Source: an uncultured Solirubrobacterales bacterium (GTDB lineage: Bacteria; Actinomycetota; Thermoleophilia; Solirubrobacterales; Solirubrobacteraceae). Taken from it: DNA of 64,000 bases. The position numbers were made by a program, and so were the translations under genes. The notes under the pieces are model-generated. The model saw only the letters and a list, made by a program, of their open reading frames with translations. It was not told the origin of the DNA and did not search any database. Shown here in pieces: positions 38,837 to 45,163 of the stretch. The stretch is taken from the NCBI GenBank assembly GCA_963723555.1, contig CAVRRC010000004.1, positions 41,643-105,642 on the forward strand. The letters are read 5' to 3'. Every line of letters starts with the position of its first letter. The stretch's first letter is position 1.

Positions 38837-38892
38837 GGCGTGGGAGAGTAGTCATTTGACCACGCAGGGAGCACATATGCTGGCCGGCTGAG

Positions 38893-41295
38893 ATGCCCGC
38901 GCCGCTCGAGCGCTACTTCGTCGTGCCTCACACGCACTGGGATCGCGAGTGGTATCGCCCGTTCGAGCATTTCCGGCTGATGCTGGGGAGCGTCGTCGAC
39001 GAGGTGCTCGACACGCTCGAGCGCGACCCGGAGTTCACCTCGTTCACGCTCGACGGGCAAGCGGTGGTGCTCGAGGACTACGTCGCCGTCCGGGCCGAGA
39101 ACGAGCCACGGCTGCGGTCGCTGATCGAGTCCGACCGGATCGAGATCGGCCCCAGCTACGTGCTTCCCGACGAGTTCCTGGTCGGTGGCGAAGCACTCGT
39201 CCGCAACCTCCTGATCGGTCGCGCGGTCTGCGAGCGTTTCGGCGGCCAGCCATCGCCGGCCGGCTACCTGCCCGACAGCTTCGGTCATCCGCTGCAGCTG
39301 CCGCAGATCCTCGCCGGCTTCGGGATTGACAGCTTCCTGTTCTCACGCGGGCTCGGCGACCAGCTCGACGAGCTCGGCGTCGCGTTCAACTGGGTCGCGC
39401 CGGACGGCAGCGCGGTGCTGGCGCTCCAGCTCCTCGCCGACTACAGCAACTTCGCCGACGTGGCCGGCGCCGACGACGGCGAGGCCCGGGTGCGGGCGCT
39501 GCGGGAGCGGTTCGGGCCGGCTCTGGCCCGGGCCGACGCCCACGAGGTCGTCCTGTGCAACGGCACCGATCACTCGCGCCTGCAGCCCGAGATGCCGGCG
39601 GTGTGCGCCGAGCTCGAGCGCCGGATCCCCGGCTCGGCGTTCACGATCGCCAAGTACAGCGACTACGTGTCGGCGCTGCGGACGGCCGAGCTCCCCTCCT
39701 GGACGGGGGAGCTGCTGGGCAGCCGTCTGCAGAACGTCCTGCGCGGCGTCAACTCCGCCCGGGTGTACCTCAAGCAGGCCAACGAGCGTGCCGAGCAGCG
39801 GCTGCTGAGCGTCGAGACACTCGCGGCGCTGTGCACGCTGCGCGTGGGCACGAGCTTTCCGCTCGAGGACTTCACCTTGGCCTGGCGGGAGCTTCTCAAG
39901 TGCCAGCCGCACGACTCGATCTGTGGCTGCTCGTGCGACGAAGTCCACCGCGACATGCTCGCCCGCTACGCCTCGCTGGACCGCACGCTCGACTTTCTCG
40001 CCGGCGACGCGGTGGCCGAGCTCGACGGCAGCGCCGACGACGGCCGGCTTGGCCTCGTCAACTCGTTGCCGTATGCCCGTTCCGGAACTGTGCGGGTTCA
40101 GGGGGCCGGACCGACGAACGTCGAGCTCAGCGGGTTCGAGGCCCGGACCGTCGAGCTGGCGCCGGTGGCGACCGCTGCGCCGCGGCAGGGCGACAGCATC
40201 GAGAGCGACGGGTTCAGGGTGCAGGTCGCCGCTGACGGCACGCTGGCAATCGAAGACCTCGACCGCGGACGGCGCTTCGAACGGCTGCATGCGCTCGAGG
40301 ACGAGCTTGACATGGGCGACCTCTACAACTTCTGCCCCGTCCAGGGAGCGTGCGTGCGGCGAAGCTCGGTTGCCTCGGCGCGGATCCTCTCCGAGGGGCC
40401 GGTGTGCTGGGAGCTCGAAGTCTCCTATCACGGCGAGGTGCCCTCCGGCCTCGACGATGCGCTGCGGCCGCAGCCGGAGACGGTCGCGCTGTCGCTGACG
40501 ACGGTGGTTCGACTGATCCGGGGCAGCGGCCGGGTCGAGTTTGAGACGACGATTGACAACCGCGCCACCGATCACCGGCTCCGGGTCGTGTTTCCGGTCG
40601 GGGACGCTCCCGGACCGGTTCGCGCCGAGGGCCAGTTCGCGCTCGTCGAGCGCCCGATCGCCCCGCCTGAGCCCCGCGCCGAATGGTGCGAGCCCCCCGA
40701 TGCGACCCAGCACACCGCCGGCGCCGTGGCCCTTGGCCCGATCGCGCTCCTCACCCGCGGCCTCCCCGAGTACGAGGCTCGCGCCGGCGAGCGCGGCGCC
40801 GAGCTGTGCCTGACGATGCTGCGCTGCGTCGGGGTCATCTCCCGGGCGGCCAATGTGATCTCGACGCGGCCGGTCGCGGCCGGGCCGCAGGTGCCGACGC
40901 CAGAGGGCCAATGCCTCGGGCGCCACGTGCTCGAGTACGCGCTCCGGTTCGATGCCGACGCGCTCGGCGAGGTTGCGCTGCTGCGCGAGTCCCAGGACTA
41001 CCGACGCCCGTTCCTCGCCGTCGCGCCCGGGGTTCGGTTCGCGCCCCCGCTCGGGCTCGAGGGCGACATCGTCTTCTCCTGCCTGAAGGGCGCCGAGGAC
41101 GGGGACGGGCTGATCATGCGCGCGTTCAACCCCGGTCCGGAGACGACCACGGCGCGCGTGCTCGGGCCGGTGGCGGTGGAGCGGGTCCGGCTCGACGAGT
41201 CCGGCGCCTCACCGGCCGCGAACGGCGCGGTCGAGGTCGGCCCCGGGCAGATCGTCACGCTGCGGCTGCGACCGGCGCGGTCCGGGGGGCCGTAG
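38893..41295 (+). CDS. Glycoside hydrolase family 38 (alpha-mannosidase / mannosylglycerate-hydrolase-like)
   Basis: The N-terminus VVPHTHWDREWY...GPSYVLPDEF...LPDSFGH is the GH38 catalytic signature. 800 aa. Confidence 0.9.
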   Translation: MPAPLERYFVVPHTHWDREWYRPFEHFRLMLGSVVDEVLDTLERDPEFTSFTLDGQAVVLEDYVAVRAENEPRLRSLIESDRIEIGPSYVLPDEFLVGGEALVRNLLIGRAVCERFGGQPSPAGYLPDSFGHPLQLPQILAGFGIDSFLFSRGLGDQLDELGVAFNWVAPDGSAVLALQLLADYSNFADVAGADDGEARVRALRERFGPALARADAHEVVLCNGTDHSRLQPEMPAVCAELERRIPGSAFTIAKYSDYVSALRTAELPSWTGELLGSRLQNVLRGVNSARVYLKQANERAEQRLLSVETLAALCTLRVGTSFPLEDFTLAWRELLKCQPHDSICGCSCDEVHRDMLARYASLDRTLDFLAGDAVAELDGSADDGRLGLVNSLPYARSGTVRVQGAGPTNVELSGFEARTVELAPVATAAPRQGDSIESDGFRVQVAADGTLAIEDLDRGRRFERLHALEDELDMGDLYNFCPVQGACVRRSSVASARILSEGPVCWELEVSYHGEVPSGLDDALRPQPETVALSLTTVVRLIRGSGRVEFETTIDNRATDHRLRVVFPVGDAPGPVRAEGQFALVERPIAPPEPRAEWCEPPDATQHTAGAVALGPIALLTRGLPEYEARAGERGAELCLTMLRCVGVISRAANVISTRPVAAGPQVPTPEGQCLGRHVLEYALRFDADALGEVALLRESQDYRRPFLAVAPGVRFAPPLGLEGDIVFSCLKGAEDGDGLIMRAFNPGPETTTARVLGPVAVERVRLDESGASPAANGAVEVGPGQIVTLRLRPARSGGP

Positions 41296-41305
41296 CGTTC
41301 AGCGT

Positions 41306-42881
41306 TCAGATCAGCGGGGGGACGACGGCGTCGATCAGGTGGGGCCCGGGCTCGGCAATCGCCTGTTCCAGCTGCTGGGCGAGCTGCTCGCAGGTCTGGG
41401 CACGCGAGGCGGCCACGCCCATGCCTTCGGCGATCTTGGCGAAGTCCATGTCCGGGGCCGACAGGTCAAGGAGCGCCTTCGCGGCAGGGCCGCCGAGGTG
41501 GGCGCCGACGCGCTGCATCTCGAGCCGGAGGATCGCGTAGGCGCGGTTGTTGAGGATGATCGTGGTGATGTCCAGGCGCTCTCGCGCCTGCGTCCACAAC
41601 GAAGAGATCGTGTACATCGCGCTGCCGTCGGACTGGAGGTTGATCACCGGGCGGTCGGGGGCGGCGATCGCGGCACCGGTGGCCGCGGGCATGCCCTGGC
41701 CGATGGCGCCGCCGGTGAGCGTGAGCACGTCGTGGCGGGGGGCGCCCGCGGTGGCCACGGGAACGAGGGCGCCGGAGGTGTTTGATTCGTCGGAGATGAT
41801 CGCCTGATCGGGGAGCAGAGCGGCGAGCACATCGGGCCAGTTCTGTGCCGTCAGCTCTCCCGTGGGCAGTGGGGGGCGGTTGGCCGGCGCCACCGTGGGC
41901 TCGGCGTCCGCGGCCACCTGCTCGGCCAGGTCCTGGAGGGCGCCGACCACGTCCTGGGCCCGGTCGGCGAGTGTGTGGATTTGCGCGCCTTCCGGCGTGA
42001 GGTCGCTGGGCTTGCCCGGGTAGGCAAAGAACGTCACCGGGGCGCGAGCGCCGGCCAGGATCAGGTGCCCCACCCCGTCGAGCTGCGCGGTGGCCTGCTC
42101 GGCGAAATAGCCGAGCCGCTCGATCGCCGGCAGCCCGGCGCCGCGCTCGAGGCGGGCAGGGAAGGTCTCCGCGAACACCCTGGCGCCGGTCGCGTTGGCG
42201 ATCGCGCCGGCGGCGCGCAGCCCGGGCTCGCGGCAGGCCGGTCCGCCGATCAGCAGCGCGGCCGGTTCGCCGGTGCGGAGCACGTCGGCGACGGCGCCGA
42301 TCACGTCTGCGGGCACGGTCGCCCGTGCGCGGGCCGGCGGCGCGTCGGCGATCTCACCGCCGTCGCCCCATGAGGTGTCGGCGGGCAGGATCAGGGTCGC
42401 CACCCGGCCCGGCGGTTCGGTCGCGGCGGCGACGGCGGCTGCGGCATCGGCGCCGAGACTCGGCGGTGCTGTTGCAGCGACGCACCCACCCCTCCAGGGA
42501 CCCGGCGAGCGCTTCGATGTCGGACTCCAGCGGCGCGTCGTACTGCTTGTGGTAGCTCGCGTGGTCACCGACGATGTTCACGATCGGGGTGTAGGCACGC
42601 CGCGCGTTGTGCAGGCTCGCCATCGCGTTCCCGAGCCCGGGCCCGAGGTGCAGGAGCGTGGCCGCGGGCTTCTCGGCCATTCGCCCGTAGCCGTCGGCGG
42701 CGCCGGTGACGACGCCTTCAAACAGGCCGAGCACCCCGCGCATCTCTGGGACCTCGTCGAGCGCGGCGACGAAGTGCATCTCGGAGGTGCCGGGGTTGGC
42801 GAAGCACACCTCGACGCCGGCGCCGGCGAGGCTGCGGATCAGGGACTGAGCACCGTTGGTTGTGGTCACGATGGGCTCCAT
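41306..42881 (-). pseudogene. Thiamine-pyrophosphate enzyme (acetolactate-synthase-like) with an apparent frameshift near 42455-42475
   Basis: The N-terminal TPP domain (ORF 42354..42881: [16 protein letters not shown]...GPGLGNAM) and the middle/C-terminal domains (ORF 41306..42568: GGAIGQGMPAATGAAIA...LQSDGSAMYT) lie in different frames and join around ...[14 protein letters not shown]. Confidence 0.7.
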
Positions 42882-42920
42882 GGTCGTGGAAGAGGCGATT
42901 CCAGGTCAGGCACGGTAACT

Positions 42921-42980
42921 CGCTGCTGACCGCGCCGCGGTGCTGCTGACCGCGGCCCGGTGCTGCTCCCCGCGGCGTGG
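42921..42980. repeat. 20-bp tandem repeat x3 (plus a degenerate 4th copy to 43000): YGCTGCTGACCGCGSCSCGG
   Basis: Read directly in the 116-bp spacer between the DUF488 stop and the TPP-enzyme start. Confidence 0.8.
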
Positions 42981-42997
42981 TCTTGCCCGCGCGGGTG

Positions 42998-43369
42998 TCA
43001 GGCCGTGACGGGGCGTCCGCCGGCGCGCACCAGCTCGGCCACGACGACAGCGTTGTTGTGGTCGCGGTCGCGGGCGGCGTAGAGGATCGTCACCGGCCGC
43101 TTCCTGGCGCGCGCAGTCAGCTCCTCGACCTGGCGGGCGTGGCCGCCAAGCTCCGTCAGGTAGCGAGTGCGGAACTCCTCGAAGCGCTCGGGGACGTGGT
43201 CAAACCATTTGCGCAGCTGATCGCTGGGCGCCAGCTCGCGCGCCCACTCGTCCAGCTGCGCGCGCTCCCGGCTGACGCCCCGGGGCCAGATGTGGTCGAC
43301 CAGGACGCGGTAGCCGTCGCCCGGCTCGGCCGGGTCGTAGATCCGCTTGATCCGAACGTCGGGCGCCAT
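42998..43369 (-). CDS. DUF488-family protein
   Basis: 123 aa. The pattern IKRIYDPAEPGDGYRVLVDHIWPRGVSRE...WARELAPS..LRKWF...F...Y is typical of DUF488. Confidence 0.8.
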   Translation of the reverse strand: MAPDVRIKRIYDPAEPGDGYRVLVDHIWPRGVSRERAQLDEWARELAPSDQLRKWFDHVPERFEEFRTRYLTELGGHARQVEELTARARKRPVTILYAARDRDHNNAVVVAELVRAGGRPVTA

Positions 43370-43377
43370 TGCGGCCC

Positions 43378-44073
43378 TCAGCGTAGGCGACGACGGCTCT
43401 CCACCCGGCCGTTTCCAGGATGGTGGGGGGAACGCCGGGCGCGGACCCGCAGTCCCAGGGCGCACAATCGTCGGCACACGGCGGCGTCCGAGCGTCCCAG
43501 CAGCTCCGCGAGCCGCGCCGGATTGAGCGCGTGGAGCAGGCGCAGCAGCTCGTCCTCCTCCGGAGTCCACCGCCGACGGTGGCGGGGCGCCGGCTCCGGC
43601 GCCGGTGGGCTGATCCCGCGCCGCCTTGCCCGACGGCGGATCGCCTCTGGGGTCCGGCGCAGCCGCTGAGCCACGGCCTCGAGCGTGCCCCCGCTCGCGG
43701 TCAGCGCCATCAGCAGCTCGTCGTCGCGGCCGCTCCAGCGCCGGGCGTAGCTGATCACCCCGAGCCTCCGCGCTCGCGCGGCCACGCTCATGGCGCTGCG
43801 ATGCGGCAGCTGGCGGGCGATCTCGGCATACGGCAGCGCGCTGGTGTAGCCGTCGCGGATCACCGCGTCCTCCCATTCGGCGAAGCGGCGGCGCGACCGC
43901 GGCTGGTGCAGCCCGAGGTGCTGCGCGTGCAGGCGCAGCGCATCGGGCGAGCGGCCCAGGCGGTGGGCCAGTGCGATCAGATCACCGCGCTCGCTGACGC
44001 ACGCGCGGACCGCCGTGTCCTCATGGGGCAGGTACGGGCGTCCCGCCGGGCGAGAGCTCAGCCCAACCGGCAA
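43378..44073 (-). CDS. Arg-rich protein made of four tandem ~50-aa Myb/SANT-like helix-turn-helix repeats
   Basis: Four units of the pattern W/Y-x3-(E/D)D-x2-(L/I/V)...(L/I)A..L.R(S/T)..A(L/I/V)..R...LG(L/I/V). The proposed TTG start at 44073 lies 8 nt after the ferredoxin stop. The ORF-track start at 44181 overlaps fdxA. Confidence 0.55.
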   Translation of the reverse strand: MPVGLSSRPAGRPYLPHEDTAVRACVSERGDLIALAHRLGRSPDALRLHAQHLGLHQPRSRRRFAEWEDAVIRDGYTSALPYAEIARQLPHRSAMSVAARARRLGVISYARRWSGRDDELLMALTASGGTLEAVAQRLRRTPEAIRRRARRRGISPPAPEPAPRHRRRWTPEEDELLRLLHALNPARLAELLGRSDAAVCRRLCALGLRVRARRSPHHPGNGRVESRRRLR

Positions 44074-44081
44074 GCCCCTGC

Positions 44082-44351
44082 TCAGGCCGCCTCGTTGCGG
44101 TAGTAGGCGGCGTTCACCTCGATGTAGCTCTGCCATTCGTCGGGCACCTGATCCTCGGCGAAGATCGCGTCGACGGGGCACGCCTCAACGCACGCGTCGC
44201 AGTCGATGCACTCCTCGGGGTCGATATAGAGCATCTCGACCTGGTCGTAGCCCGGCTCGTCGGGCGTGGGGTGGATGCAGTCGACCGGACAGACCTCCAC
44301 GCACGAGTCGTCCTTGGTCCCGATGCACGGTTCGGCGATTACGTAGGTCAT
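44082..44351 (-). CDS. fdxA: 7Fe-type ferredoxin ([3Fe-4S][4Fe-4S])
   Basis: [28 protein letters not shown]...[19 protein letters not shown] 44351 is preceded by GGAGGA. Confidence 0.9.
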   Translation of the reverse strand: MTYVIAEPCIGTKDDSCVEVCPVDCIHPTPDEPGYDQVEMLYIDPEECIDCDACVEACPVDAIFAEDQVPDEWQSYIEVNAAYYRNEAA

Positions 44352-44372
44352 GGAGCAGCGTCCTCCGAGGAG

Positions 44373-44395
44373 TTTTGCGATCCAAGCTAGGAAAA
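44373..44395 (+). promoter_or_regulatory. AT-rich box copy 1: TTTTGCGATCCAAGCTAGGAAAA
   Basis: One of three copies of TTTWGCGA-N6-CTAKG-AAA in the window, in the fdxA/regulator divergent spacer. Confidence 0.35.
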
Positions 44396-44410
44396 TACCA
44401 CCAGACCGAC

Positions 44411-44434
44411 TTTAGCGAGGGAGGCTATGCGAAA
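44411..44434 (+). promoter_or_regulatory. AT-rich box copy 2: TTTAGCGAGGGAGGCTATGCGAAA
   Basis: It lies 10 nt upstream of the proposed regulator start. It aligns over about 50 nt with the narG leader. Confidence 0.35.
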
Positions 44435-44443
44435 CTGTCGCTC

Positions 44444-45115
44444 GTGGCTGCTGGTGGGTCAGACGGTCCTGGCGACGTACTGGCCCAGCCGACGCGCGCG
44501 CGGCTGTTCGCGCACCTGGCGGCGCTCGGGCGGCCGGCGGGGACCAACGAGCTGGCGGCGGAGCTGGGACTTCACCCCAGCGGGGTGCGCGTTCACCTCG
44601 AGCGCCTGCGCGGCGCCGGTCTGATCGCTCGCGAGCGCATGCCTCAGACCATTGGGCGTCCCCGAGACAGCTGGTCGATCGCTCCTGATGCCCTTCCCGG
44701 CGGCGAGCCCCGGGACGCCTACCCCCGCCTAGCCCGCTGGCTGGCCCGCAGCATTCCCGCCCGCCCGGGACGGCTGCGCGAGGTCGAAGCCGCCGGCCGT
44801 GAGCTGGGCCGCGAGCTCCCCTCCACCCGCGCCGGAGATCCGGCCGATCAGTCGATGGGCCGGGCCCTCACCGCCCTGGGCTTCGCACCCCAGCGCCAGC
44901 CCACCAGCGCGGGGCGAGTCGTGTTCAGGCTCGGCAACTGCCCCTATCGCGAGGCGGTCCACGAGAACCAGCCGGTCGTCTGCGCCCTGCACCGTGGGCT
45001 CACCCGGGGGCTGCTGGACGAACTCGATCCGGCGGCGCGGCTGACCGAGTTCGTGCCCAAGGACCCGGATCGCGCGGGCTGTCTGATCGAAGTCAACGGC
45101 TTGGCGCGGACGTGA
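44444..45115 (+). CDS. Winged-helix (ArsR-like) transcriptional regulator with a C-terminal Cys cluster, immediately upstream of narG
   Basis: HTH segment (QPTRARLFAHLAALGRPAGTNELAAELGLHPSGVRVHLERLRGAGLI). C-terminal Cys residues in LGNCPY, VVCALH and AGCLIE. GTG 44444 is proposed; upstream parts of the 366-aa ORF overlap fdxA. Confidence 0.7.
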   Translation: MAAGGSDGPGDVLAQPTRARLFAHLAALGRPAGTNELAAELGLHPSGVRVHLERLRGAGLIARERMPQTIGRPRDSWSIAPDALPGGEPRDAYPRLARWLARSIPARPGRLREVEAAGRELGRELPSTRAGDPADQSMGRALTALGFAPQRQPTSAGRVVFRLGNCPYREAVHENQPVVCALHRGLTRGLLDELDPAARLTEFVPKDPDRAGCLIEVNGLART

Positions 45116-45131
45116 CCGAAGGGCCACCAAC

Positions 45132-45154
45132 TTTTGCGAGGCGATCTATGAAAA
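45132..45154 (+). promoter_or_regulatory. AT-rich box copy 3: TTTTGCGAGGCGATCTATGAAAA
   Basis: It ends 9 nt before the narG ATG. It contains GCGAGG-N6-ATG, which opens a 7-codon uORF (45148-45171). Confidence 0.35.
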
Positions 45155-45163
45155 GCTGTGGGG

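Noticed and set aside
37288-39288. 666-aa ORF taken at face value as one protein
   Set aside because: The N-terminal 150 aa or so are Arg/Trp/Pro-rich nonsense and overlap the GH38 gene start on the opposite strand. The real gene most likely begins at the signal peptide (38836) in another frame.
42998-43876. 292-aa ORF extending the DUF488 gene upstream
   Set aside because: Only the C-terminal 123 aa show the DUF488 pattern. The upstream part overlaps the Myb-repeat gene in another frame and is low complexity.
44427-44624. 65-aa ORF opened by the conserved ATG of box copy 2 (MRNCRSWLLVGQ...)
   Set aside because: The translation is Arg/Trp-rich and lies out of frame over a clear wHTH regulator. 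I keep only the observation that the ATG and SD-like context are conserved with the narG leader, not the ORF as a gene.
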